Assembly (NCBI GenBank): GCA_002269645.1
Contig: NIVC01002435.1
Location: forward strand, 1 to 64,000
DNA: 64,000 nt
Direction: 5' to 3'
Source: Macrostomum lignano
Taxonomy: Eukaryota
The number at the start of each line of letters is the position of its first letter. The stretch's first letter is position 1. Positions 1 to 12,372 of the stretch are shown one piece after another. The translations under genes were made by a program, and so were the position numbers. The notes below the pieces were generated by a model that saw nothing but the letters and a program-made list of their open reading frames with translations, ran no database searches and was not told the DNA's origin.

Positions 1-1
1 C

Positions 2-220
2 CTGGACCGCGACGGCCGCATCAACTACAACGAGTTCGCCGGGCTGATGACTCGGCCGCTGGAGACAATGATGAAGCAGCAGCACGGCAAGGGGCACAAA
101 GATGGCAAGCATCACAAGGACAAGAAGGACAAGAAGCACAAGAAGCACAAGAAGCACGGCAGCGCAGCGGCAGCGGCAGCGGCAGCGGCAGCGACAGCGA
201 CTGAAGCAGTTGCGGTGTGA
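2..220 (+). CDS. 3' end of an EF-hand (calmodulin-like) protein with a Lys/His-rich and poly-Ala tail; 5' part lies outside the window
   Basis: Frame 2 reads LDRDGRINYNEFAGLMTRP...KHKKHKKHGSAAAAAAAAATATEAVAV*, with TGA at 218-220. DRDGRINYNEF fits the EF-hand loop DxDxDGxI(N/D)YxEF. Confidence 0.75.
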   Translation: MDRDGRINYNEFAGLMTRPLETMMKQQHGKGHKDGKHHKDKKDKKHKKHKKHGSAAAAAAAAAATATEAVAV

Positions 221-1860
221 ATAGTCAGAATAATGCTTAGCTTACTTATGCTTCTTTTGACTTGTTAAAAAAATCTGCTTATGAACGGGGGCAGCCAAAG
301 CAGAAGAGCGCTGTGCTGTGGAGGCCGCAGGTTTTCGCTGTAGAATGCATTGTCGAGATCACGGGGTTTTGCAGGTTTTAGCACCAACTTTTTCTTACCT
401 TCTGACTCCATAAGTTGATTCTTTAATAACTGATCTATTTAATGCGTAATTAAACAAAACATATCACAAAAGACTTGAATGAAACGCATGGAAAACTCCA
501 TCCAGGAAAAGTGATTTTCTGCGGCGAAAACTCCAGCAAAGTTCGCACGGTGCAGCGTCCATTCTAGCGCATGTGCCCACTTGCCCGAGCGTCTGAATTA
601 TGAAAATCTTTGCAATATTTTGATCCTGTACTTGTACCACTGCAGCCGATTAACTTGCTGGTTGTTTATAATTTTCTTATATCAAGGTAGGTCTGCTCGA
701 TGCATACTTTATGAGATTAGCGCAAACACAGAAGCTGAAGATCAAATTCATGACATGGAAGTAAATGTTTCCCATGCAGTAAGACGTGCATAATGATACG
801 ATTTTAGCCACCTGGAACGAAAAATCTCTTTAAGCCATTTCGATGAAAGTTATTTATGCAGGAAAATTCTTGTTTTTGTTTAACTTTATTACAATTTTTA
901 GTTTTTGTCTCTACAAAATACAGCCTGTCTCGTTCCTAAAATATACCTTTCTGTTACCAATCTTATATGCTTTGCCTTTTTCCACTTTATTCTTAGCAAA
1001 TATTCAAACTATGCGGATGTTCCATTTGCAGATGTCTACAACTCCCTTGCTCACCAGCACAAACATTTTGTGGCCAATAATTAAAATTTCAAGAAACTGC
1101 TTGAAAAAATTTAGCAGATGATCCGCTAAATGCAGTAGCTCCAGCCAAATTTAAAGTCTCTGGCAGCACCAAAGCCGAACATTTCTGCGTACAAAACGGC
1201 AAGACACTGCCCTTCTGTCGGCGTGCTTCATGCGCTTTTAGCGAACAACTACAAAGCCAGTCTGTGCATGGACTGCATTTGGTTTAATTGCTAACAGCAA
1301 TATTTACACACCCCTTGAAAGTGTACAATTTAATTAATTTTTCGCTAAATTAACGCTCGTTTGCATTGCCTCATAAAAAGTTTATTGTAAAGATGCAAGC
1401 GAATCACTGATGAGCTTTACGATGAGGCTTCAAGGTTCGCTTAATTCAACTCTCTAAATATGGGGTACAGTCTGGGCCGCAGGTATGTACGCAGGTCTAG
1501 AGGGAGGGCTGCAGAAGCGGATAAGTACGTGCGTGTCTTTTCACAGTGCAGGCACGTCGAATCGAATTCTTAGTCACTTTTGTTTACTCGCGAACGAACA
1601 GACCGACCAGGCCAACACGCGCTCGTCTCGCTGAGATTCACCGGACGCCTACTTGTTCAGGATAAAGCGACCAAATTCTGGGCTTCGCTCAGTGCACGAA
1701 TAAACAATTCTGGACGAATCTGCATAGCAGGTCAACTAATGCTTCAGCATTATTAACACTTCCTTAAGAAATTTACGACAGCTAATACCAGCTTAAAATT
1801 TAGCTAACATATTATATTGAAATTCGAAAAAGAGGCTCTGCAATTTGAATCTGCAATCGA

Positions 1861-4397
1861 ATGGCCTCGGGCGGCCCAAATTACCTGCTGACCTGCAGGA
1901 ATGTCTGAACTGGCTGCAAAACTGCTTTCGCTACGACGAGCAAGAAATTTATGAGTCGCTGCGTTGCATTTTCGGGCCAGGAAACGCGAGCCTGACCGAC
2001 ATAATTAACGTACTTCGAGACGGATCGTACTGTGTCAGCTGGTTGTCATCCTCAGCGATGGCGCCGTTCGACGCAGCGAGCTCAAAGGATTTCGACTCAT
2101 TACGCTGAATTCGGTTTGCGTCTACCGCGACAACATCTCGGCTTTCCTGAGCGTCTGCCAAAACTTTTTCCAGCTGAAGGAGAGTATGCTTTTCACACCC
2201 GACGACCTCATTGACCGAAAAAATATTGACAAAGTAATTTCGAGTCTAGCTTTGCTCAGCCAGTCCCCGAAGGTCGACCAGTCGAGGTTTCCTGGCTTCC
2301 AAGTGTCCGACAGTCTGCGCGTGGCTCTGCGGCACTTGAGCACAAATACAAGGCAGCCTGCCTGGTCCGAGCTCTCTGAGTCGGTCGAGCGACTTCGCTG
2401 CAACATGGTTGACATCTACAGCGACCAGTTGACAGTCTACACTGAGACTGAGGGCGTCTATGGGAGCCTCGTGGACGACTATGAGTACGAGCTGGACGAT
2501 GGCGACGACCCGCGGGTAGGCAACTGGCAGCAGCTGCTGCTCAGTGAGAGGAACTACACGCACCTGCTCGAACAGCTGACTACCTACTCAAACAGTCTAA
2601 AAGGGACAGTCGGAATGGCTGCGGAGCCGGCATTTCACTACATCCCGGCCTTGTACGAACTGCACGCTCGCTTTCTCGCACGGTTGGAGTGCATCGCGCG
2701 CATCAACCCAATCGCCGATCGGCTGCGCGCAGTTTGCGCCTGTATTGCCAAGAAGAAGCTTCAGCTCTGCATTGTCTACCGCGATTACTTGGTGAACATG
2801 CCGCAAGCCATCGAGTGCGCCGATCGGCTGCAGCGGAGCTCAGGGCTGAGTCAGACGGCCAGTCACCTGCTGCCGCATCATCCTCTTCGCGATTTGCTGC
2901 TGGCCCCGCTGCAGCGGGTGCAGCGGTATCCCGACATATTCAAGGCCTGTAAGGAGACGCGGGCAGCTATGGAGGACTTCATGGAGGTCTGCTGCTATAC
3001 CCAGTCCTACAAAGAGAACGAATCTGTCATTCAGGTATTACCTTCAGCTGATATCCATAATAATAGATGAAGCTGATAAATCCTATATACTAAGTCGTTT
3101 TCTATGAGATGTTAAAACATATTTCAGGTACTTGACCGTGTGCAAGCCGGCATCGCAAACCTGGATCGCAGTTTGCAACTGAGAGACTTTGGTAGTCTGT
3201 TGGTCGAGGGGGAGGTGCGCCTCTCACATCTTCTTACGACAAGTCTGACAAGGACAGTCGAAGCGTATACTGCTACCTTACGGGTGAAGTGCTGATAGTG
3301 TGCAAAATTGTCGGCGACAAAAAGTCCAGCGGCCGCCTGGAATTCTTGTACAGCATCAGAATTCCGGAGAAGTGCATGATTCAAACCGAGGAGGCCCGCG
3401 ATATAAAAGTTGGCGCTGGCTGCTTACAGTTCAACAGCCAGAGGGAGCCACGCCCGACAGCACCATAGCGGACGACCTGCGCTACCGAATGCAGCTCAAG
3501 TCCCATCGAGTGCAGCAGAACTGGCTGGCTGCTTTTAAAAGGGCCGTATCAGTGCGATATCCGCCAAATCACAACTCTTTCGGGCATACTTTTCTGCCTT
3601 ATATAAGTCTAGAGCCCGTGAATTGTCGTGAATGCAACCGAATCATTTTGCCCGGCTACGGGCTCGGTTATCGCTGTCGGATTTCAGGTCGCGTGGTGCA
3701 CCGGGACTGCATTCCTTCAGCTCCAAGGCAACGCAGATTTGAGCACTCCCCGTCCCAGCAGCTGGCCTCGTCAACCCCGCCGCTGACTCCTCCACGGCAG
3801 AGACCTCAGCCAGCACAAATGCCGGCGATGGCGCCACAACCTCAACCGCCGCGGTCACCTTCTCCGCCACCACCACCTCCACTAACACCGATAGTGCCAA
3901 AACAGCTGCCACCGCCGCCGCCACCACCGCCACCGCCGCCACCACCGCCATCGTCACAGCAGTGTGTCAGAGCACCTGCAGACGCCCAACGCGGTCCAGA
4001 GACCCCATCAGACATGTTCATGTCGGACGATTCCGATGAGGAGAATAGCTCGAAAGGCGGCCCTCCAGGAATCGACTACCACTGTCATAACGAGGGCGTT
4101 GCAGCAGGCTGGCATGGCCGAATGTCCCGCGGAGCAGCCTGGGCGAAACTGCTGCGAGTCCCGATCGGTATGTACCTATTGCGCTGCAGCCCACGGCCTG
4201 GTGTAGATGAGCACATTCTATCCTATCGAGCGTCTGACACCGTCCGGCACAAGAAGATTTTCGAGGCGGACGGTCAGTTCTATCTGGAGGAGAAAGCCAC
4301 AAAGTTCACGAGCATTCGGGAGCTGTTGCTGCACTATGCTAGCCCTAAAGCACTGAATGATGCGTGCATCGATGTGAGGCTAACACAGCCAGTCTAA
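1861..4397 (+). pseudogene. vav: Vav-like Rho GEF (CH - acidic - DH - PH - degenerate C1 - Pro-rich - SH2), frameshifted as assembled
   Basis: CH: LRDG-IVLCQL...NISAFLSVCQNFF...LFTPDDL. Acidic region with tyrosines: EGVYGSLVDDYEYEL. DH: LLLSERNY...LRDLLLAPLQRVQRYP. GT-AG intron at 3035-3127. PH: LRDFGSLLVEGEV...YCYLTGEVLIVCK...QNWLAAFKRA. C1-like: HTF..CREC..GYRC..VHRDC. SH2: WHGRMSR...GMYLLRCS...HKKI. Restoring one protein needs -1 shifts near 2023, ~3225 and ~3405, and probably ~1880. The start codon is uncertain. Confidence 0.85.
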
Positions 4398-6597
4398 TGA
4401 CACTGCTGCGCCGCTGTAGTTGGGGTCTGGTTTCAAAATAGTCCTTCTCGGTCGTGACAATGTTTGGGCTACATGTAACGCACATGCGTGTATTGTATCT
4501 ACTTATTCGTGAGCCTACGTAAGTGTCAATATTTCAACGCAAGAAAGCGACGACGGCCTAGCAAATTCCCTTTCTGTGCCAGAATCCTTAAGTGCTCGAC
4601 GAGTTTCCTCAGCCTTAAAAGTATTGTTTTCGTTTTAAAAAAATAGTCACCTAATCTATGCCTCACACGTTACATGCACAGAAAGCGAGACTTGTGATGC
4701 CTGGTACATATATTCAAAGTGACTGTCAACTTTTAAGTTTTCGAAGTCAGTTACATGTATTAATTTTCTGTTTATTTGGTGCTTCTCTCTGCCTTTTTAC
4801 TCGAGCCAGCCAAGTCAAAACCCCAGTCCCTACACTTCTTGTACCCGCGGAGTCTTTTCTCTAGCCAACGTGTTTGCCGTTGATCTGTCGACTAAAAACC
4901 TTTGGCGACAACTTGCTAATTATTTGTAAACTTAGCTATACGAGTGCGTAAGTAGTGAGATTTCACGGGTCTGCTTGTCTCTTTTATTAACAAAATCATT
5001 GTTGCATACAAAAAGTCCGAATTCAACAAGAGCTTTGTAAATTTTCATGCAATTCCAACTCCGATTTTAACCTTAATGTCGAGCTGGTTATGCCTAGAAA
5101 TTCCCCTTTCAGCTATAATCATGCAGTGAGACTCAGTCGCACATGAAACTCTGAGCAGAAGCAGCAAGTTGCTGCTGTTGCATCCTTGCGACGGAAATTG
5201 CCCCAACTAAGAAGAAATTGTCTGCTCCCGGTAAAAGGAAGTTTGACTAGGCAAAAGTGAAAGCAAGTAAAAAGCAAAGAAGAGAGCTGAGCAGATCGGC
5301 TCCGCATTGTCGAAACCTTTTTGATTGACTGCTTCTAAAAAAGCAAGCGTAAAAATCGTCTTAGCAAAAAAAGATTTAAACTGGGCTGTCTTTTGAAAGA
5401 CACTGGTCTTTCAACCCAACCAATCTTTGTTGCGAGAGGCGCCTGCGAGAGTAAGCTGAAAATTAATATTCTAAAAACTTTTGGGTTCCAACTTTCGACT
5501 TTTAGCTTCGTTATCTAGGCAGGATGGTGGTTCATCTTGGTCGTCTCATATGCAAGCAAAGCAAATCTTAGGCAAGTGACGTGAAGCATGAGTTGTAGTT
5601 TACCACCCAGCTCCTAGTCAGGAACCACTGCATATCAGACTATCCCTGTTTTTATTGCAGCACATGATAGTAATAAGGAGAACAGAAAAATATTTGCGAA
5701 TCATTCGTGATCATTTTTGAAGGACTTCCAAATTGTCAAGGAAGAATCAAAATCAGAATCAAAAGACTGCCAAAAAACAGAGGGTGTCACGGTGAATATT
5801 CCAAAGCATTGAAGCTTAGCAAAGTCAACTGACGCGATCTTTTGATTCTGTCACGAATCGTGAAAATGTTGTTGCTTAAATTGAATAATAAATAATGCTT
5901 TCATTTCCGACTTTCCGAGTTTCATTTTACCTACTACTTCCTTTTCCTATTTGCACGTCTCAAGGTTAGCAGCCGCACCCGGCAACGACCTGCCTATTAA
6001 AGTGGGTTCTGACCAGTAAGTTACATTGTAGGTGCCTGCTTCAGTGAAGAAGCAAATCTAACCCACCACATTAGTTCAACGAAGCCGGGAGACGTCACCT
6101 CTCGGCTACTCGGTAAGGATAGACGAGCTGACAATCCTTGACATTCGCGGATTTGTTCGAGACTCCGACGAGATGAAGATCGCAGACGCCAGCTCTTCTT
6201 CTGCTGCTGCTTTTTAGGGTTGCAATGCCAATAGAGGACTCGTGGCGGAGTCCCGCCCCCGTCAGTAGTAAATACATGTATGTAATGTGTCACATTCTCA
6301 GCTACATACCAGCTACTTACATAATTTTGTTTTTATGCTTGCTTTGTTGCTTCATTTCGTGTTGGATTCGATTTATTTTGCCACACGATAAAAACAGTTT
6401 GCTCGCCTAAAATTTTGCGTGAAAATGTCCTAGAATTGTCGGAATTATCCATGGGACGATTGCGTAATCTAAAGAAATACGGTTCCCTTCAAATCCTGAT
6501 CTACATTGGCTTTAACGTACGCATATTTTCTGCTCAAAAATTCATTCAATTTTGACTTTGCTCAAAAGTTTTTAATATTTTTGTCTCCGATTTTTTT

Positions 6598-8175
6598 CTA
6601 GGAGTTGCACAGGTTGCGAAGGCTGTCGAACTGAGACTTGCTGAGCGAGGCGTTCGCGAATCCCCAGCACTGCAGCCAGCCGCTGTAGTAGGGAGGGCTC
6701 GAGCCGAAGCAGTTGCCGATGCGGAGGCAGTCGTAGTATTGGCTGGCGACCGGACTGCCGCCATTTCTATTCGGTGTTTCTGTGTTGTGCAGGCTTCCAT
6801 TCATGTACCACTTGTTCGCGTAGTTCAAGGCGGCTCCATCGAAGCTCACTCCCACCGAGTTGCGTCTCTGATTGCTGTCGTTTGGAATGACTGTCTGAGA
6901 GTTCACATAAGCATAGAGATCAGAACCGTCCACGAAGTATGTTCTTGCGTAAACTCCGCCATTGTTATTGGTGCTCAAGTAGCTCACAGTCGAGCTCGAA
7001 GAGCAGCTGCTGAACGAGCTCAGGCAATTGCCCCTGCGCGCGGTAAAAAAATACCAATAAGAATATGCATAGTTCCTCAACATCGAAAGCAGATTATTCC
7101 AAAACTCAATATGAGTGTTCTTACGCGCCGTTGATCGCGAAAGTTCCTTGAAAGAAGAAGCTGAAATCTTTTCCGACTTTGAAATTATTAAAATAGTTCG
7201 GCGTGCTAATTTCGATATAAGAGCCAGACGCGCCATTTAAACGAACTCCGCTAGCTGAGTTCTGCTCGGCCACGCCAACCGGACTGGCTTGGTGGCTGAT
7301 CGGGTCAACCAGGTTTGTGTAGCCCTTCTTGAAGTCGTACCAAAGCATCATGTTTGAAGCGAAGCCAAGAGCCGCAATGCTGGATGTAGGAGCCACAGTG
7401 GTGGTGCTTGACTGAATGGTGGTCGGCGATCCAGTTATTGTTAGAGGGTTGGGTGAGCTGGTTTGCATAGTAGGCGGAGCTGGACCATCTGTGGGAAGTT
7501 CAATTAGCTCTACATAGTGCGAGACATTGGAATTAAGCCTAGGGGGTGTAGCCTTGTGGTTAGAGCGTCGGACTTACGACTGAAAGGTCGGGGTTCGATT
7601 CTCGATCTACTCGGAACAATTTGTGTCCTTGAGCAAGACACTTAACTCTGCATTGCTTCAGTTCACCCAGCTGTAAAATGGGTGCCAGCATTAACTGGGG
7701 TAATTGAGGATGTGTGTGGCGACGTCCCAGTCCTTGGACTGAACAGCCTTCAGATGTGCCGCGCAATAGCTGCGGCTGAGCTGTCGGTTGCACATCTGCC
7801 CATTAGGGCAGCTGTAATCAACTATTATTATTATTGAGCAAACAAGGTTTATGGAGCATAGCTCTTACTGCAATTATCCGCACGCTTAAGTCGCGCAATC
7901 ATCTCGGGTCCGCAGCTCCCGGCCGAGACGTCGGACAGGGTGTAGCAGGCCTTGCTGTCCCTCAGGTACACAGAAAGCTGGCACCCAGGGTCCAGGGTGC
8001 AGCGAAACAGGCACTCGGTCTCCACGGCCGCAGTCACAGACTCCAGGCCAGCCAGTGCAGAGGGGCAGCTGCTGGTCGTCAGCTCAAAAATCACGGAGCC
8101 CTGCGGGCACGCTGATGATGAACCGCACAGTAGCAAAAGCATGCCGGTCAGCGCGGCAAAAGATGCTGAGATCAT
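6598..8175 (-). CDS. Secreted protein with signal peptide, PAN/apple-like Cys domain, Ser/Thr linker and concanavalin A/LamG-like domain; 3 exons (8175-7869, 7488-7125, 7033-6598; 369 codons including stop)
   Basis: Hydrophobic N-terminus MISASFAALTGMLLLLC. PAN-like ECLFRCTLDPGCQLSVY...CY. LamG-like LWYDF...GVRLNGASGSYIEI...CLRIG...WLQCWGFANASLS. The GT-AG junctions are phase-compatible and total length is divisible by 3. Domain calls are by motif recognition only. Confidence 0.75.
7542..7835 (+). mobile_element. tRNA-derived CORE-type SINE, antisense in intron 1 of the PAN/LamG gene
   Basis: tRNA-like head with A box (tagccttgtggttag) and B box (ggttcgattc). CORE-like gtgtccttgagcaagacacttaac...ctgtaaaatggg. 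(ATT)n tail. A second copy lies at 44642-45200. Confidence 0.8.
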
Positions 8176-9255
8176 GACTAAAATTTACGTTGCAAATATT
8201 TAGCATCAGGATTAAAGCAAGATTGTTGCGACTTGTCTTGCAAGGTGCATATATTATATAAAGTTCAGCAAGCACCAATGAGAGTAGAGAAAAGACACGA
8301 GCTCGGTTGGCTCTGCTTCAAACTCATTTCTAATTCGATGAAATCGTTGTTGAAAGCGAGATGGCAGCAAACTCTTTGACTCCTCTGATTCAGTTTGCAT
8401 ATGGAAACTGGAAAAATTTTATATGTGGAAAATTATTCAAAAATGATTCGCGGATGTCAGAGCTGTCGACTGAGCTGAATCAGGGAGGCAGTCGACTCGC
8501 AGCCAGAGCGGAGGCAATCAGGGCTATTGCTAGTATTATAACAGCACGTACATCTAGTCTACAAAAGACGTCCTTGGAGGCAAGCAGCCGCGCTCTTTCC
8601 ACTCGCACCTGAGCAAGCACACGCACACAGATACGTGCACCCAGGCAAATACTCACACAGGGTGTGTACAGTAGCTGTTCTTACTTGAACATCAGCACAC
8701 TCTGTGCCTGTGGGGCCGACCTAAAAGCTGAAGACCAGGGGAGGGGGTACGGAAATGAAATCGCAGCGCATTTTTTCACGAAAGAACAACTCTGCTTTTG
8801 TCATTGAATATTGTTACAGTCTGGATGGGTGGCGATTCGAAGAATTTTAAGTGGATGGTAAAATCTTTTCGATCAATATCGATTCTCGACGACAAGAGAA
8901 AGACTCAATGGGCCTAGAAAGAATTCATGGACCGAGTCTGATGGTGTTGGCTGATCAGGCCCTGCTTTCCGCCCCATCAAGCGGGCTCTCCCATGTGATC
9001 TCCGCTTCTCTCCATAACGGGAGGCGGAAATACGAGCTAGTGAGGGAGAGTTTAGTAAGGCTGATGAACAGATTGTGGGTTGGTTGGTTGTTTTCTTGTA
9101 AAGAATTGAGGAGATATGTAGGTTTTTTGGGGTTGTAAAATATTGAGAGTGCAGGTGGTTCTGGTTGATGGATAGGTTTGCTGGTTTGGGAAGAAAGAAA
9201 TAATAAAAATGTTAGCATACGGAAAGAAAGTAAATAACTTGATTAGAAAAATGTA

Positions 9256-9862
9256 CTGCTGGGTGTGATGCCGGGTTTGCTGCCGTGTGTGCTGCCGGGT
9301 TTGCTGCCGTGTGAGCTACCGGTTGTGCTGCCGGGTGTGCTGCCGGATGTGCTGCCGGGTGTGCTGCCGGTTGTGCTGCCGTGTGTGCTGCCGTGTGTGC
9401 TGCCGGATGTGCTGCCGGGGGTGTGCTTCCGGGTGTGCTGCCGGGTGTGCTGCCGGGTGTGCTGCCGGTTGTGCTGCCGGTTGTGCTGCCGTGTGTGCTG
9501 CCGTGTGTGCTGCCGGATGTGCTGCCGGGGGTGTGCTTTCGGGTGTGCTGCCGGGTGTGCTGCCGGGTGTGCTGCCGGGTGTGCTGCCGGGTGTGCTGCC
9601 GGTTGTGCTGCCGTGTGTGCTGCCGTGTGTGCTGCCGGGGGTGTGCTTCCGGATGTGCTGCCGGGTGTGCTGCCGGGTGTGCTGCCGGGTGTGCTGCCGG
9701 GTGTGCTGCCGGGTGTGCTGCCGGGTGTGCTGTCGGGTGTGCTGCCGGGTGTGCTGCCGGGTGTGCTGCCGGGTGTGCTGCCGGGTGTGCTGCCGGGTGT
9801 GCTGCCGGGTGTGCTGCCGGGTGTGCTGTCGGGTGTGCTGTCGGGTGTGCTGCCGGGTGTGC
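9256..9862. repeat. 12-bp minisatellite (GTGCTGCCGGGT)n, ~50 units with occasional longer variant units
   Basis: Direct tandem periodicity. It explains the low-complexity ORFs in all six frames. Confidence 0.97.
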
Positions 9863-9865
9863 TTG

Positions 9866-10920
9866 CTGTTCGCCAAGCTGGGAGGCGGCTGCAAGTGGAC
9901 AAAAGCTCGATCTGTCCAATGCCTTCCTGCAGCTTCCGCTCGCCGAGGACAGCAAAGCCTTCGCCAATACCAACACTCCCAAGGTACTTCCCAGTGATTT
10001 TTCAACAGACTCTGGAAACTCTGCTAAGAGATCTCGACTCTGTCCAGGTGTTTGTCGACGACATTCTGGTCACGGGCAAGACGATGCAGCAACATATGAA
10101 ACACCTGGAAGAAGTTCTTCAGCGCCTACTTGAGTCGGGACTCAGACTGAACAAGCAAAACAGCCTGTTATTCATGGAATATTTGAGATACCGCATGTGG
10201 ACTCAGCCCGCTAACGCACAGTGTGGCCGCAATTCAAGACGCCCCAGCGCCGAAGGACGTCAGCTAGCTGCGCTCGTTCCTCGGCATGCTGACTCAGTAC
10301 GGCCGGTTCCTGCCGCTCGATCAGCTGCTGGCTAAGGACGCGGGACAAGCCGCAGCAAACTACCTTCAGTGAGACTAAGCTGCTGCTGCTCCAATCACCG
10401 GTGCTGGTGCACTGCAATCCGGATCTTCCGCTGCGGCTCGAGTGTGACGCTTCACTGGACACGAAGTGGGCGTGTTGTTGTCCCATCTTCACCCGAATTC
10501 GCTGAGTTCGTCAGGTCCAACGGCATCCGGCACATCTTCTCGACGCCATTCCACACGGCAAACAACGGCCAGGCCGAGCGCTTCGCCCAGTTGCTGAAGC
10601 GGCATCTGAGTAAGTGCGGTCACTCCGACGAGCAACTTCAAAGACTGCTGATGTCCTACCGCAAGACTCCGCAAAGCGTCAGAGGCACCGCGCCCAGCCA
10701 GCTGGTCACTGGCCGCCAGCTGCGCAGCCGGCTGGGTCTCCTGACACCGTCGTTGACTACAGAGATGCAACAGCGACAGCACATCAGCTGCAGCAGCAGC
10801 GGCCAGTAAACCATTTCCAGGCTGGAGATCGCGTGCTCTACCGCGATTTCAGATCTGCTGCTCGTACAGGAGAAAGCAGTCGCTGGGCCGAAAGGTGTCA
10901 TCGTCAGTGCCAGCGCTCGC
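9866..10920 (+). mobile_element. Degenerate Ty3/Gypsy (K02A2.6/Mag-like) pol with RT, RNase H and integrase fragments separated by internal deletions
   Basis: FAKL..KLDLSNAFLQLPL and QVFVDDILVTG (RT). APKDVSQLRSFLGM (RT thumb). NPDLPLRLECDAS (RNase H). EFAEFVRSNGIRHIFSTPFHTANNGQAERF...LMSYRKTPQ...PSQLVTGRQLRSRL (integrase). Multiple frameshifts. Confidence 0.92.
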
Positions 10921-10929
10921 AACTGGCAG

Positions 10930-12232
10930 AATCGATTAACAATAGAAAGACCACGCTATTTTTCCTCATGGGGAAAGACCACGGGGTGTATTACAAATAC
11001 ACACAACCCATTTCACGATAGCTCGCAAACCGAATTATCGATTTCGTAAAAGTCCACCATATGGATCAAAATTTTCCGCTCTTTCCGACCAACTAACTTT
11101 CAAAGTCATCCGACGTCAGCATCGTCGAGATATTCAAAGATTCTTGACGAAGACACTGGTGGCAAGGACAACCAACACTACACTGCATAAACCTTTATGG
11201 TAAATCCATATTGGCTCAATAATCTGGGTCTATCTGTCCTAGACGCCTTTGTTCTCAGCATCCCAGGTACCAGGGTCCCCTTCGTCACAGTCTGGAGCAT
11301 CGGCGGCGACCGTCGGGACCTTCAACAAAAGCGCCCGATCGGCATCTCAGAGACGGCTGCGTTCCCAAAACTGAAATGGAAGAATCCTCTTCTGTATGCA
11401 GCATTCATTCAGTAGAGATAATAGGTGAATGAAAATCGACGATGGTGACCTTCTAGACTGACCTGTAGACATACAGGCGACCTTCGGGACCTTCAACGGA
11501 CTGCCACTACGTGGCCCTGACGATCTGGCACCCCAAACATCGTGATTTTTCTATCAAGGCACCAAACCAGATATGTTTGCATATTATACAATGCTTTTGC
11601 ACGATGTTAAATTGAATGGTTACAGATCACGATGTTGGGGTGTTCGCTCGTCAGGGTCGCGTGGTGGCACTCCGTTGAAGGTCCCGAAGGTCGCCTGTAT
11701 GTCTACAGGTCCGCCTAGAGGGTCGCCATCGTCCATTTCATTCACCGATTATGTCTACTGACTGAATGCTGCATGCAGAAGAGGATTCTTCCATTTTCTG
11801 TTTTGGGAACGCAGCCGTCTCTGAGATGCCGATCGGGCGCTTTTGTTGAAGGTCCCGACGGTCGCCGCCAATGCCGCTGATGAAGGGTACCCTTGTACCT
11901 GGGATGCTGAGAAAAAGGCCTCTACGACTGATATGCATAGTTTGTTGAGCCTACGTGGTTTCATGATGAGATTTTGTAAGCAGAAACATTTTGCCAATGT
12001 TGGTGGTTTTTGCCACCAGACACCCCGAGGAGAATCGTTGAATATCTCGATGAGGCCGATTTTTCGTGATTCTCGGAGTTGCTTCATCAAATAGAGCGGA
12101 AAATTTTAGCCCGTGTTCTGGATTTTCATGGCAATTGGTTAAATATTTTTGGAGATGCAGACAAAAGAAAAATGTGTGTATTTGAAATACATCCCTCATG
12201 GTCTTTCTACTGTTAACCGAATTGATCAGCCG
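10930..12232. mobile_element. ~1.3-kb foldback/MITE-like palindromic element with arms ~10930-11546 and ~11626-12232 and a ~80-bp spacer
   Basis: 11245-11546 is the close reverse complement of 11626-11920 (e.g. gtcgggaccttcaacaaaagcgcccgatcggcatctcagagacggctgcgttcccaaaa). Outer arms share ttaacaXtagaaagacca, aaattttccgctct and tcgagatattcaa. Confidence 0.85.
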
Positions 12233-12235
12233 CAC

Positions 12236-12372
12236 AGCTCCGGTTGAGGGCTGCGCGGCACCTGACGCTGGCGGCACGTCGGCCTCGCAGCAGGCAGACA
12301 ATGCTGCCTCTGCTGACGAGACACCCCGGCGCTACCTGACTCGAGTTCGAGCACCACCTGACAGAATGATGT
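12236..12372 (+). mobile_element. C-terminus of the same Gypsy pol, resuming after the foldback
   Basis: Reads ...ADETPRRYLTRVRAPPDRMM*, typical of the RRxxRxRxPPDR ending of this pol clade. Confidence 0.65.

Noticed and set aside
6021-6293. Minus-strand 90-aa ORF as an extra exon or gene
   Set aside because: No recognisable homology, and the upstream PAN/LamG gene already terminates at 6598.
7542-7612. tRNA gene (also 44642-44705)
   Set aside because: A and B boxes are present, but there is no proper acceptor-stem closure and the sequence runs straight into a SINE core and tail.
8340-8620. Missing exon 3 of the PAN/LamG paralog
   Set aside because: Only a DCLRSG resemblance in a stop-containing frame, which is insufficient.
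9212-10133. Long ORFs such as PAAH/GSTP/VLPG/CRVC repeat proteins
   Set aside because: They are open in all six frames because the 12-bp repeat lacks stops. No coding signal.
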